From the NCBI GenBank assembly GCA_963768855.1, contig CAVYJM010000018.1, positions 1 through 64,000 of the forward strand: DNA of 64,000 nucleotides, written 5' to 3'. The DNA comes from an uncultured Thermoplasmata archaeon (lineage in GTDB: Archaea; Thermoplasmatota; Thermoplasmata; RBG-16-68-12). Numbering within the stretch: position 1 is the stretch's first letter; each line of letters starts with the position of its first letter. The position numbers were made by a program, and so were the translations under genes. Positions 10,092-19,596 of this stretch are shown piece by piece. The notes under the pieces were generated by a model, which made no database searches, was not told where the DNA came from, and saw nothing but the letters and a program-made list of their open reading frames with translations.

Positions 10092-10340
10092 ATGACGGAG
10101 ACCGAGACGGTCGAAGCGGCCATCGAAAGCCTCGACACTCGGGGCCTTCTTTGCCCGTACCCGTACATCCAAGCGCGGCAGGCCCTCGAGCGACTGCCGG
10201 CAGGAGCGCGGCTCGCGATCCTTACGGACAGCGAACCCACCGCGATGTCCTCGATCCCGATCCTCTGCGCGCAGAGCGGGTACGCATTCACCCGCGAGCG
10301 GGACGGCGAAATCTGGCGGCTCGTCGTGACGAAACCGTGA
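10092..10340 (+). CDS. TusA-family sulfurtransferase
   Basis: LDTRGLLCPYP signature, L.ILTD motif. Confidence 0.9.
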   Translation: MTETETVEAAIESLDTRGLLCPYPYIQARQALERLPAGARLAILTDSEPTAMSSIPILCAQSGYAFTRERDGEIWRLVVTKP

Positions 10341-10774
10341 GGGCCCCGCGCAAGGTTCATCTCGGACGGGCCCTACAGCCCTCCGTGGAAGGCGGAAATA
10401 CGGCGGCTTCCGACTTCGAGCGGGTCCGCGACGGACTGAGGCTCTTCAACGAGCGCTACTTCTTCGAGGCCCACGAGGTCCTCGAGGACGTCTGGCACAG
10501 GGACCGCGGGGAATCGCGCCTGTTCCTGCAGGGGCTCATCCAGATCTGCGCCGGCTTCCACCACTTCCAGAACGGGAATCCGCGCGGGGCGGCCGAACTG
10601 CTCCAGCGGGGTTCTGACAAGATGCGCAGGTACCCGGACGGCTACATGGGCCTCGACTCGGCCCGCCTGCTGTCCGACGTGGACGCGTGCCGCGGGCGGA
10701 TTGAGCGGATGCGGGATGGGGTGGAGCCCGAGAGCCCCATCGACTTCCCGACCATCCCGCTGCCTCCAGGATGA
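10337..10774 (+). CDS. DUF309 domain protein (start uncertain)
   Basis: LFNERYFFEAHEVLEDVW...LQGLIQ...HH...GNPRGA motif. Confidence 0.85.
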   Translation: MRAPRKVHLGRALQPSVEGGNTAASDFERVRDGLRLFNERYFFEAHEVLEDVWHRDRGESRLFLQGLIQICAGFHHFQNGNPRGAAELLQRGSDKMRRYPDGYMGLDSARLLSDVDACRGRIERMRDGVEPESPIDFPTIPLPPG

Positions 10775-10799
10775 ACGCAATCGTTTGCGGGTGATATGC

Positions 10800-11417
10800 A
10801 TGGCGATGGATCGATTGCCGGCCGAGGAACGCGGACGCATCGAGCGTACCTTCGCGGCGCCGAGGCCGCGCGGCGTCGACCCGGTCTTTGTGGCCAATCG
10901 GAACGAAGCGCTCGCCAACGTCCTGGCTCGCATCCCGAAGGGGGCCAACGTGGCGCATGGCAGCTCGACGACCCTCACGCAGGTCGGTTTCGTGGGATAC
11001 ATGAGACGGCCCGATTCCGAATACCGCTACCTGAACGCCGAGTGGACGAAGGAAAACGACCCGGCGAACCGGGCGCGGCTCCGCGCTCGACCGACCATGG
11101 AGGCAGACTATTACCTCGGGAGCGTGCAAGCGATCTGCGAGACCGGGGAAGTGATCGCCGCCGATGCCGGAGGCAGCCGCCAGGTCGGCTACGTCTACGG
11201 TCCACCCCATGTGATCTGGGTCGCGGGGACCAACAAGCTCGTGCCGACCGTGGAGGCAGGGCTCAGGCGCCTGCGGGAGGTCGCGCTGCCGCTCGAGGAC
11301 CAGAGGATGAAGGATGTCGGCGCTCCGGGCAGCAACATCGGGAAGATCGTGATCTACGAGCGCGAGCGGCCCGGACGGATCAGCCTCGTACTCGTTGGCG
11401 AGGCCCTCGGCTTCTGA
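10800..11417 (+). CDS. LUD-domain (LutC/YkgG-like) protein
   Basis: HGSSTTL, YLGSVQAI..GE...D.GGS and GP..VIWVAG.NKLV motifs. Confidence 0.8.
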   Translation: MAMDRLPAEERGRIERTFAAPRPRGVDPVFVANRNEALANVLARIPKGANVAHGSSTTLTQVGFVGYMRRPDSEYRYLNAEWTKENDPANRARLRARPTMEADYYLGSVQAICETGEVIAADAGGSRQVGYVYGPPHVIWVAGTNKLVPTVEAGLRRLREVALPLEDQRMKDVGAPGSNIGKIVIYERERPGRISLVLVGEALGF

Positions 11418-11445
11418 CCGATCCGGGATCCGGCGGGTTCCCGCG

Positions 11446-12330
11446 CTAGAGGAACTCGGACAACAGCTCGTCTGCGTCCGCCACGCCGAGGGACTGCTTC
11501 GTCGGGTTCCCCTTCTTGTACGCTGGCTCGAGATCCTCGTACGTCGGCACCTTATCGTTGCGGTAGAAGAGGCCGAGCGGAATCCGGTCCCGCTGCAGAA
11601 CGGGCCACTCGAGCGCCTTCATGAAAGCGGCCTTCAGGTCCGTCGGGTCGTGGCCCTCCTTGTTCAGATCGTAGACCCGCTTGCGGAAAAAGTCGTACGT
11701 GTTGATCTTGTTGTACGTCACGCAGGGCGACATCGCATCGATCAGGGAGAAGCCGTGGTGCTCGATGCCCTTTGCCACAAGCTCGGACATCTGCTTCACA
11801 TCCCCGCTGAACGCGCGCGCGACGTAGGTCGCACCGGTGGAGAGAGCGAGGGCAATCGGGTCGATCGGATTTTCGATGACCCCCACGAGAGGCGTCGACT
11901 TGGTCTTCATGCCCATCTCCGAAGTCGGCGAGGCTTGGCCCGTGGTCAGCCCGTAGATCTCGTTGTTCATGACGATGTACGTGAGGTCGAGGTTGCGGCG
12001 CATCGCGTGGATGAAGTGACCCACCCCGATGCCGTACCCGTCCCCGTCGCCTCCCGTTACGATCACGTGGAGGTCGGGGTTTGCGAGCTTCGCGCCTTCC
12101 GCCACGGCGATCGCGCGGCCGTGAATCGCATGGAAACCGTAGGTCGACAGGAAGTGCGGCAGGTTGCTCGAGCATCCGATGCCCGAGACGATGAGCACGT
12201 TCCAGGGCTCGAGCTGCAATTCCGTGAGCGCATGCTGGAGCGCATTTAGCACCGCGAAGTCCCCGCAACCGGGGCACCACGTCGGCTTGATCTCGGACTT
12301 GTACGTCTCGAGCTCGAACTCCAGCTTCAT
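11446..12330 (-). CDS. korB: 2-oxoacid:ferredoxin oxidoreductase beta subunit
   Basis: WCPGCGD, SGIGCSS, HGRA, GGDGD, NNEIYGLTTGQASPT and SPCVTYN motifs. Confidence 0.95.
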   Translation of the reverse strand: MKLEFELETYKSEIKPTWCPGCGDFAVLNALQHALTELQLEPWNVLIVSGIGCSSNLPHFLSTYGFHAIHGRAIAVAEGAKLANPDLHVIVTGGDGDGYGIGVGHFIHAMRRNLDLTYIVMNNEIYGLTTGQASPTSEMGMKTKSTPLVGVIENPIDPIALALSTGATYVARAFSGDVKQMSELVAKGIEHHGFSLIDAMSPCVTYNKINTYDFFRKRVYDLNKEGHDPTDLKAAFMKALEWPVLQRDRIPLGLFYRNDKVPTYEDLEPAYKKGNPTKQSLGVADADELLSEFL

Positions 12331-14081
12331 GCAACCACCTCGAGGACCTTGCCCGCGATCTCGCGCCCGGTGAAGGGTTCGCCGTCGTACTTGAGGAAGG
12401 AGAAGTTGGGCTTGTATCCGGTCTCCGCGCGGAGCAACCGCGCGAACTGCCCGGTGTAGTTCGCCTCGATGATGAGCGTGCGCTTGACGCCCTTCAGGAT
12501 CCGAAGGGTCTCGTCCGCATGGAACGGGAACAGGCTCGGGAACTCGAGGGAGTTCACCTTCACGCCCTCCTGCTCCTCAATCTGCAGGATGGCCTCGTGC
12601 GCGGGGCCCCACGTCGAGCCCCAGTGGATCAGAGTCAGGTCGGCGTTGGGCGAGCCCCAGAGTTCCGGCGGCGGCATGTCCTTGCGCAGGCCCTCGAGTT
12701 TTCGCATGCGCTTGTCCTGCATCTTCCGGCGCTCTTCCACGAACTCCGGCAGTCCCGCAAGGATGTCCGAGATCAGCTCGCCGCCCTCCATGTGCTCGTC
12801 CGTGGCGGCGATGTACTGGTACCCCTTCCGTCCGGGGAGCACCCGCGGGCTCACCCCCGAGGCCGTGTAGGCGTAGCGCTTGTAGCGGCCTGCCGCCGCG
12901 CCCCCGTCGGCGGCCATCATGCCGCGGACGATCGGGACGTTGAAGTCGAGCTTGTCGACGGTCCGGAAACCCTCGCCCAGGTACAGGTCGGACATGATCA
13001 GGATCGGAGTCTGGTACAGTTCCGCGAAGTTGAACGCCTTCGCGGTCAAGTCGAAGCACTCCTGCGTGTGGCGCGGGGCGAGGATGCCGCGGGGCCAGTC
13101 GCCCTGGCCGGCGCCGAGGGCGAGGTTCAGGTCGCCCTGCTCCGTCTTCGTCGGCAGGCCCGTGGACGGCCCGCCGCGCTGGACGAGGACCGCGACGAGG
13201 GGTGTCTCGGTCATCCCGGCCTGGCCGATCGCCTCCACCATGAGGGAGAATCCGCCCCCGGACGTCGCGACCATGGAGCGGACGCCCGCGTGGCCGGCGC
13301 CGACCGCCATGTTCATCGCCGCGAGCTCGTCCTCGACCTGCTTCACGACGACGCCGTGCTGCGGACCGTGCGCCGCCATCCAGTGCAGGATCGAGGAAGC
13401 GGGCGTCATGGGGTACTGCGCGTGGAACCGGACCCCGGCCGCGAGCGCGCCGAGCGCGACGGCCTCGTTCCCCGTCATCAGGTAGCGGGGCTCGTGCGAG
13501 AACGGGATCCCGAGGTTCAGGGACCCGCCGGCCTTCTCGACCGCCTCGGCCCCGAGCCGCGCGGCGCGGACATTCTCCTCGGCGACCTCGGGCTTCTTGT
13601 CGCCCCAGATCGTCTTGAACGCGGATTCGAGGTGGCGGAAGTCCACGTCGCACAGGCGGACCGCGGCGCCCAGGGCGACCGTGTTCCGCACGAGCGCGTT
13701 CGGAGTGACCGTCTGGGCGAGCTTGCGCAGCGGAATCCCGAGGAGACGCACGCCCTTGCGCACTTTGGAAGGATCGGATTTCGTGAAGTCGGAGTCGTAG
13801 ACGATCGCGCCGCCCTCGGGCACATCGCCCTGGTGCACGTCCATCGTCTGCTGATTCAGGCACACGAGGACGTTCGGGTCCGTGCCGTGGGAGAGGACGG
13901 GCTCGCTGCTCCCGCGGACCTGCGTCCACACGTGGCCGCCGCGGATGACGCTCTGGTACGAGGAATACGTCCACACGTGGAGCCCGCTCCGGGCGCACAT
14001 CTTCGCGAAGCTCTCGGCGGTGGAGGAGACGCCGTCGCCGGCGGCACCCCCGATGCGGAACACAATTTCATGCTGGGCCAT
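12327..14081 (-). CDS. korA: 2-oxoacid:ferredoxin oxidoreductase alpha subunit (gamma-alpha fusion)
   Basis: IGGAAGDG, IRGGH, GNEA, YPMTPAS, EDE, TSGGGFSLM and QRGGPSTGLPT motifs. Confidence 0.95.
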   Translation of the reverse strand: MAQHEIVFRIGGAAGDGVSSTAESFAKMCARSGLHVWTYSSYQSVIRGGHVWTQVRGSSEPVLSHGTDPNVLVCLNQQTMDVHQGDVPEGGAIVYDSDFTKSDPSKVRKGVRLLGIPLRKLAQTVTPNALVRNTVALGAAVRLCDVDFRHLESAFKTIWGDKKPEVAEENVRAARLGAEAVEKAGGSLNLGIPFSHEPRYLMTGNEAVALGALAAGVRFHAQYPMTPASSILHWMAAHGPQHGVVVKQVEDELAAMNMAVGAGHAGVRSMVATSGGGFSLMVEAIGQAGMTETPLVAVLVQRGGPSTGLPTKTEQGDLNLALGAGQGDWPRGILAPRHTQECFDLTAKAFNFAELYQTPILIMSDLYLGEGFRTVDKLDFNVPIVRGMMAADGGAAAGRYKRYAYTASGVSPRVLPGRKGYQYIAATDEHMEGGELISDILAGLPEFVEERRKMQDKRMRKLEGLRKDMPPPELWGSPNADLTLIHWGSTWGPAHEAILQIEEQEGVKVNSLEFPSLFPFHADETLRILKGVKRTLIIEANYTGQFARLLRAETGYKPNFSFLKYDGEPFTGREIAGKVLEVVA

Positions 14082-14250
14082 TGAAACTCGCCTTCGGGTC
14101 GCGACACGGCCTTCCCAGTCGCTCTGCGGCCGCTTTTACGCCGCCGCGCGTTAAAATAGCTTTGGGGGGAATAATTGGCGAGCCGCGACGAACTCCGCGT
14201 GCGGCGGAACCCTTTTCGTACCCGGCGGCTTCGGGCACGGTCGTGAGTCC

Positions 14251-14652
14251 ATGAAGTCCGTCCCGGACCTCCGCAACCATCCGAAGCCGCTCGGGCCGTA
14301 CTCGGTCTGCGTGGTGGCCAACAACCTCGTGTTCATCTCGGCGCAGACGCCGCTGAAATCCGGCACGAAGCCGGGCGAGTGGGCTGCGGCGGACGTGGGC
14401 GGGCAGACCCGGCAGTGCCTCGCGAACATCCGGTCGATCCTCGAAGAGCTCGGGCTCACGATGGACGCAGTCGTCCGTACGACGGTCTTCCTGGCGGACC
14501 CGGGCGACTTCAAAGCGATGAACGAGGCCTACCAAGAGTCCTTCCGCGAGGATCCCCCGGCCCGCTCCCCCGCGAGGCTCGGGACGGAGATGCCCGGACT
14601 CAAGGTCGCGATCGACGCGATTGCGGTCTATGAGCCCCACGAAGAAGAGTAG
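14251..14652 (+). CDS. RidA/YjgF/UK114 family protein
   Basis: PLGPYS, QTRQCL.NI, F.AMNEAY and PPARS motifs. Confidence 0.9.
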   Translation: MKSVPDLRNHPKPLGPYSVCVVANNLVFISAQTPLKSGTKPGEWAAADVGGQTRQCLANIRSILEELGLTMDAVVRTTVFLADPGDFKAMNEAYQESFREDPPARSPARLGTEMPGLKVAIDAIAVYEPHEEE

Positions 14653-14658
14653 GCACGA

Positions 14659-14892
14659 TTAGAACGTCATGCGGGCGAGCGTCTTTGTCGCCTTCACGCC
14701 GTCCACGGAACGGATATGCTGCACGACGATGTTGCCGATCGTGTCGAACGAATCGGCCTCGACCTTTGCGATGAGGTCGTACTCTCCGAAAAGCGGGTAG
14801 AGTTCCACGATCTGCGGAAGCTTGATGAGCTTCTCGTAGACCTCCTTCTCCCGGTTGGGCTCAATGTCAATTAGAACGAAGCCGATCGCCGT
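14659..14892 (-). CDS. Stand-alone Lrp/AsnC ligand-binding domain protein (77 aa, ACG at the start position; missing from the ORF track)
   Basis: Translates (T)AIGFVLIDIEPNREKEVYEKLIKLPQIVELYPLFGEYDLIAKVEADSFDTIGNIVVQHIRSVDGVKATKTLARMTF*. Confidence 0.88.
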   Translation of the reverse strand, partial: TAIGFVLIDIEPNREKEVYEKLIKLPQIVELYPLFGEYDLIAKVEADSFDTIGNIVVQHIRSVDGVKATKTLARMTF

Positions 14893-15072
14893 GCGGCATC
14901 CCGGTCGCGTGGTACATCAGGGTTCTAGATAAGCATTCCGCCTCAACGGGCGGCCTTCGATTCGGACAGCCGCCCTTCTCGGATCTTCGTACGGCCCAAA
15001 CGCCCTTGCCGACCCTTGAACGCACGGCGCCTCGCCCATGCCTTTTTATCCGCCCGCGACGGTGGAACGAGC

Positions 15073-15666
15073 GTGCGAATCGGGGTCATTGGCGTCCAAG
15101 GCGACGTGAGCGAGCACGTCGACGCGGTCGCCCGCGCAATCAAGGAGTACGGCCACGCCGGCGAGGCGTTCGCGGTCCGCCGCCGCGAGGACCTCGACCG
15201 GGTGGACGGCCTCACGATCCCCGGTGGGGAGAGCACGACGATCTCGAAGCTCCTCGTCAAGCTGAACCTCTTCGACGAGATCGTCCGCCGGGCCGTGGAG
15301 GAGCACATGCCCGTCCTCGGGACCTGCGCGGGATGCATCCTCCTGGCGAAGGACGGCGGCCCCCAGGCCAAGAAGACGGACAGCAAGCTTCTCGGCCTCA
15401 TGGACATGGCCGTGGACCGCAACGCCTTCGGGAGACAGAAGGAGTCGTTCGAGGCCGATCTCGATGTCGTCGGGCTCGACAAGCCGTTCCACGGGGTCTT
15501 CATCCGCGCGCCCGCGATCCTCCGCACCTGGGGCGGGTGCCAGCCGCTCGCACGGTACCAGGACAAGATCGTCCTCGCAAGACAGGGGCATCTCATCGGC
15601 GCGGCGTTCCACCCTGAGCTGAGCAACGACTTCCGCATCCACCGCTGGTTCCTCGAGCTCTTCTAG
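15073..15666 (+). CDS. pdxT: PLP synthase glutaminase subunit
   Basis: GVQGDVSEH, PGGEST, GTCAG, RNAFGRQ.ESFE, FIRAP and FHPEL motifs. Confidence 0.95.
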   Translation: MRIGVIGVQGDVSEHVDAVARAIKEYGHAGEAFAVRRREDLDRVDGLTIPGGESTTISKLLVKLNLFDEIVRRAVEEHMPVLGTCAGCILLAKDGGPQAKKTDSKLLGLMDMAVDRNAFGRQKESFEADLDVVGLDKPFHGVFIRAPAILRTWGGCQPLARYQDKIVLARQGHLIGAAFHPELSNDFRIHRWFLELF

Positions 15667-17492
15667 AGGAGGACGAGCGCAAGCGCCGCGATGGCCACGG
15701 CGCCCGAGAGGGTCACGTAGAGCGCGGGGCGGAGCACCGCCATCGTCGCGTTGATCGATGTGGTGAGGCGCGAGGCGGTCTGCGGGCCGAATATCCGGAA
15801 GTCGGAAATGTCCGCGCTGAACGGAGAGACCTCGACGGTCTCGAGATTCGAGACCGCGTCCCGGACCGCCGCTTCCGCGTTGGAGAGAATCGTCTCGCGA
15901 TCGAGCACCGCACCGACCGCATTGAAGCCGTCCATGGTCAGATTCACGGAATGGTTGTCCGTCGTCAGGGCTTCCGACTCCTGCACGAGAGCCGCGATTC
16001 GGGCGCGCACCCCGTCGCGCATGCCCGGCACCATGTTGTTGCCATCGAAGAGCACGTATGCGATCCGCTGACCGTCGACCTCGACGACGAGCGCTTCGAT
16101 GCCCCGCGCCCCGATGCCTTGATCCGGCGTGCAGAGCTCGCAGCGACGCGCGTAGCCAACGCGCAACGGCCCCTTCAGCGCGGCGAGCGCCGCCACGGTG
16201 GCCTTCTTTGCGGCCTCGATGATCTCGTGGCTGCCCTCGGAGCCGAAGAGCGTCAAGCCGACCCCGGGCTGCAGACAGTTGTGGGCGTCGATGAAGATCG
16301 CATCCTTCGCCCCCGCGAGCCTAGCCTCCTGGACCGCGGCGTGGCCCGTCGCGCTGTCGATGTCGTCCGTGGGGTTCGGTGCGAAGGACGCAGTCAGGAG
16401 GACCGTGTCCCCGAAGCACTGAGCGAGGGCCGTCGCCCGCGCGAACGTCGCGCGGCATGCACGACCCGCTTTCCCTCCATAGACGGACGCATCGAGGAGC
16501 CTCCGGACGGTTTCGGCGACCTTGCGCACCTCCGCGGTGGTCGCCGGATTCTCGTCGTGGGTGGTCGGGCCATGGGCCACGAGCACGTTCGGGGTGACGT
16601 CCGTGAGGCCCGAGGCGATCTTCGTCGGGAGGTCGCTCCCGCTCACAACCCCCATCGGGCCAGGATGGATCGTCGGCGCGAGGAACAAGGCCTTGATCCC
16701 TTTCGCGGTCCGGAAGGCGAAGCCCGCGACTCGGATCCGCGCCGCGACGCTGATCGAGCCGAAGAACTCCTCGAGCTCGGCGACCCCCTCGGCCTCCATC
16801 TCGCCGTACACGTCGAGGGTGGAGCGCAGGAGCTTGAACCCATCCGCGCCGAAGGATCGGAGCAGTGGGCGCTTCGCGATCTCCGCGTACGCGACGGCGG
16901 AGAGGAAGAAGATCACGAGGACCACGAGGCCGACAATCGCTTGCACGAGATCCAGCGGGTACCAGAGGGCGAGCCCCAGCAGACCCAGGAGCGGGTGCAC
17001 GGACGCGGCGGGGAGGGACCGGATGTGCTGGGAGTGCGACGTCGCGGAGAGGATGACCTCCCGCACCCACAGGACTCCGCCGTACGCCAGAATCGTGACC
17101 TTGAGTGTGACCGAAACATCGTACGCCGTGTTGCCCGCGACCGCGAGGACCGTGAACAGCGCGACCGCGAACACCTGGAACGCGCCGAGGAAGATCAGCC
17201 CGACGAACGCGAGGAGGAAGGAGCGGCGGAAGTACATCCGGCCTCCGAGCGCGAGGGCCGCAGGTTTCGTCAGCAGGGCCGCCGCGTAGGCGGGCAGGGC
17301 GATCGCCACGGTGCCGAGGCCGATTCGCGTCCAGTCGACCCCAGGGTAGACCAGGAGGTAGGCCTCCATGATCGAGAAGGCTAGGATTGGGAGGACCATG
17401 CGACGCGGCCTCGGCGCGGTGAAGAGGCGACGCGCCATCCGCGTCGTCTCCGCGTGGCTCTCCGCGACCGTCTTCGGCAGGATCCGATCCAT
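15663..17492 (-). CDS. DUF2070 family membrane protein
   Basis: Multi-TM N-terminal half, then IHPGPMG...GSDLP, HGPTTHDENP, DAHN, FDGNNM and TTDNH motifs. Confidence 0.8.
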   Translation of the reverse strand: MDRILPKTVAESHAETTRMARRLFTAPRPRRMVLPILAFSIMEAYLLVYPGVDWTRIGLGTVAIALPAYAAALLTKPAALALGGRMYFRRSFLLAFVGLIFLGAFQVFAVALFTVLAVAGNTAYDVSVTLKVTILAYGGVLWVREVILSATSHSQHIRSLPAASVHPLLGLLGLALWYPLDLVQAIVGLVVLVIFFLSAVAYAEIAKRPLLRSFGADGFKLLRSTLDVYGEMEAEGVAELEEFFGSISVAARIRVAGFAFRTAKGIKALFLAPTIHPGPMGVVSGSDLPTKIASGLTDVTPNVLVAHGPTTHDENPATTAEVRKVAETVRRLLDASVYGGKAGRACRATFARATALAQCFGDTVLLTASFAPNPTDDIDSATGHAAVQEARLAGAKDAIFIDAHNCLQPGVGLTLFGSEGSHEIIEAAKKATVAALAALKGPLRVGYARRCELCTPDQGIGARGIEALVVEVDGQRIAYVLFDGNNMVPGMRDGVRARIAALVQESEALTTDNHSVNLTMDGFNAVGAVLDRETILSNAEAAVRDAVSNLETVEVSPFSADISDFRIFGPQTASRLTTSINATMAVLRPALYVTLSGAVAIAALALVLL

Positions 17493-18229
17493 CAGCCCGC
17501 CTTCACCGCTTCGATGATCCGGCGGAGGGCCTCCCCGTCCTTCGCTCGCTCGACGATCGTGCCCGTCACGACGATGTCCGCCCCGGCGCGGGCGACCGCT
17601 CCCGCGGCCTCCGCGGAGCGGATCCCTCCGCCCACGATCAAGGGGATGTCGAGCGCCTCGCGAACCGCGCGGATCATGGCCGAGGGGACGGGCTCCGGTG
17701 CGCCGCTCCCTGCCTCCAGGTAGACGAGCTTCATCCCGAGCATCTGGGCCGCGAGCGCGTACTCGACGGCGGTCTCCGGCTCAGATCGCGGGATCGGTTC
17801 GGCGCGGCCGACCTCGCCGGCGCGCATCCCCGGTTCCACCACGAGATAGGCCATGGGGATCGTCTCGAGTCCCCACGCCTTGACGATCGGCGCGGCGCGG
17901 CGCTGCTCGCCGACGATCAGCCGCGGGTCGCGGCTGTTGAGGAGGCTCATGAAGTACAGCGCGTCTGCGTGGCGGGACAGGTTCGCTGCACTGGCGGGGA
18001 AGAGGATCGTCGGTACCTTGGCCGCGGCTTTGATCGCGAGAACCGTGGCGTCGACCTTGTCCTGGGTCACGCCCGTGGAGCCACCGATCATGATCGCATC
18101 CGTCCCGCTTCGCGCCGCATCGGCTGCGATCCGTCCCGCCTCGTCCGCGGACTGCTTGTCCGGATCCAAGAGGGTCATGTGCAGGCGCCCTCGGCTCCGG
18201 CGCTCGAGAAGGGATTCGTAGACCGTCAC
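17492..18229 (-). CDS. Geranylgeranylglyceryl phosphate synthase (group II)
   Basis: HMTLLDPDK, IMIGGSTG, ILFP, YLEAGSGA and IVGGGIR motifs; GTG start overlaps the upstream stop. Confidence 0.93.
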   Translation of the reverse strand: MTVYESLLERRSRGRLHMTLLDPDKQSADEAGRIAADAARSGTDAIMIGGSTGVTQDKVDATVLAIKAAAKVPTILFPASAANLSRHADALYFMSLLNSRDPRLIVGEQRRAAPIVKAWGLETIPMAYLVVEPGMRAGEVGRAEPIPRSEPETAVEYALAAQMLGMKLVYLEAGSGAPEPVPSAMIRAVREALDIPLIVGGGIRSAEAAGAVARAGADIVVTGTIVERAKDGEALRRIIEAVKAG

Positions 18230-19059
18230 AGGAGTCCACCCGCAAGGAAGGCGATGAGGGCCACGACCATCGCGTACTTCGTCACGCGCTGCGAGCGCGC
18301 GGGCCGCGTCGCCGAGTAAAAAGCGGCGTAGATAAACATTCCGTCCGCGGGAAGGACGACCACCGCGTACGCCGGATGGAGGACCGTCGTCACCCAGGGA
18401 ACCGCACTGAGTGCGACGCCCGCGACGAGCACGGCGGCCGCGAACCGTCCGGCGGGGCCTGCGCCGATCCGCTGAGGGAGCGTGCGACGGTCGACGTCCC
18501 CCGCCATGTCTTCGATGTCCTTCGTGATCTCCCGTCCCAGCGTCGCGAGGAACGCGAGGAGGGCGAGGACGCCCGTCCGGAACAACGGGGCCGGATCGGT
18601 TCGGAAGACGGCGAAGCCCGCGAAGAGGAACAGGGATCCAACGAGGTACGCGATCACAACGTTCCCCGGCGCGCCCCGCTTCTTGAACCTGGACTCGTAC
18701 GCGTACATCACCGCGGCGTTGACGAGGACGAGGGCGAAACACCAGGGGCTCGCCGCGCCACCGAGGGCGCCAGCCGCGACGAACGCGCTCAGGATGAAAC
18801 TCTTCGCCTCCCCGACGCTGACGGCCCCGGTGACCAACGGGCGGTGTGGATGGTTGACCCGGTCTGTCTCCTGATCGAAGAGATCGTTGAGGCCGTTGCC
18901 TCCGGCCGTGGACAGCGCTGCGGCCAGCGCTGCGTAGAACAGGGGCCACGCGTAGGCCCCCCACGCGCCGGCCCCGACCGCCACGAGCCCGCCGATCGCC
19001 ACCCCCACGCCCGACATCGCACAGTTCAGAGGGCGCGCGAGCCGGAGGAGACCGGGCAT
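18226..19059 (-). CDS. Digeranylgeranylglyceryl phosphate synthase (UbiA family)
   Basis: RPLN, NDLFD...D.VNHP.RPL and REITKDIED..GD motifs; adjacent to GGGP synthase. Confidence 0.92.
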   Translation of the reverse strand: MPGLLRLARPLNCAMSGVGVAIGGLVAVGAGAWGAYAWPLFYAALAAALSTAGGNGLNDLFDQETDRVNHPHRPLVTGAVSVGEAKSFILSAFVAAGALGGAASPWCFALVLVNAAVMYAYESRFKKRGAPGNVVIAYLVGSLFLFAGFAVFRTDPAPLFRTGVLALLAFLATLGREITKDIEDMAGDVDRRTLPQRIGAGPAGRFAAAVLVAGVALSAVPWVTTVLHPAYAVVVLPADGMFIYAAFYSATRPARSQRVTKYAMVVALIAFLAGGLL

Positions 19060-19165
19060 TCGGCGGCGGCGTAGGCCCGGCTCGATAATAATGATTCCCT
19101 GACCCGGGCTGCGGTCCCGAGGTCAGATTCTTGAGGCCGCGAACCATGTACCCCCGAGGACGGGG

Positions 19166-19444
19166 ATGTCGGCTCCCGACACGACACCGGCCCCATCGCC
19201 TGCGGCCGTCGAGGCGGGCCTCTCCCGCGATCGCTCGTTCCAGCTCGTCCTGATCGGGCTCATCATTCTGATCGCGGGGTTCACGGCGGCGCTGCTCGCG
19301 AACGGACTGTACCCGTGCGTCCCGGCCGCGGGGTCCGATTTCGAGCCGCCCCTTGCGGACTGCGCAATCGCCCTGTCTCCGTGGGCCGGCGTGGCGGTCA
19401 TCGGCCTGGCCCTTGCCCTTGTCGGATATCGCCGGGTCGGCTGA
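19166..19444 (+). CDS. Small two-TM membrane protein
   Basis: Two hydrophobic helices with a short loop containing two Cys. Confidence 0.65.
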   Translation: MSAPDTTPAPSPAAVEAGLSRDRSFQLVLIGLIILIAGFTAALLANGLYPCVPAAGSDFEPPLADCAIALSPWAGVAVIGLALALVGYRRVG

Positions 19445-19596
19445 GGCGCCCGTGACGAGCGGGTGTTCTCAACCTTGATTATCACGAACGCACAATCACA
19501 ACGCTTTTAGTCCTTCCGTCCCATGGGATTCCATCCCACCGGGTGTGCCGTAGTCGGAGGCTCCGCCGCATAGCCCCCGCGGGTGGGAGGCTGTAC

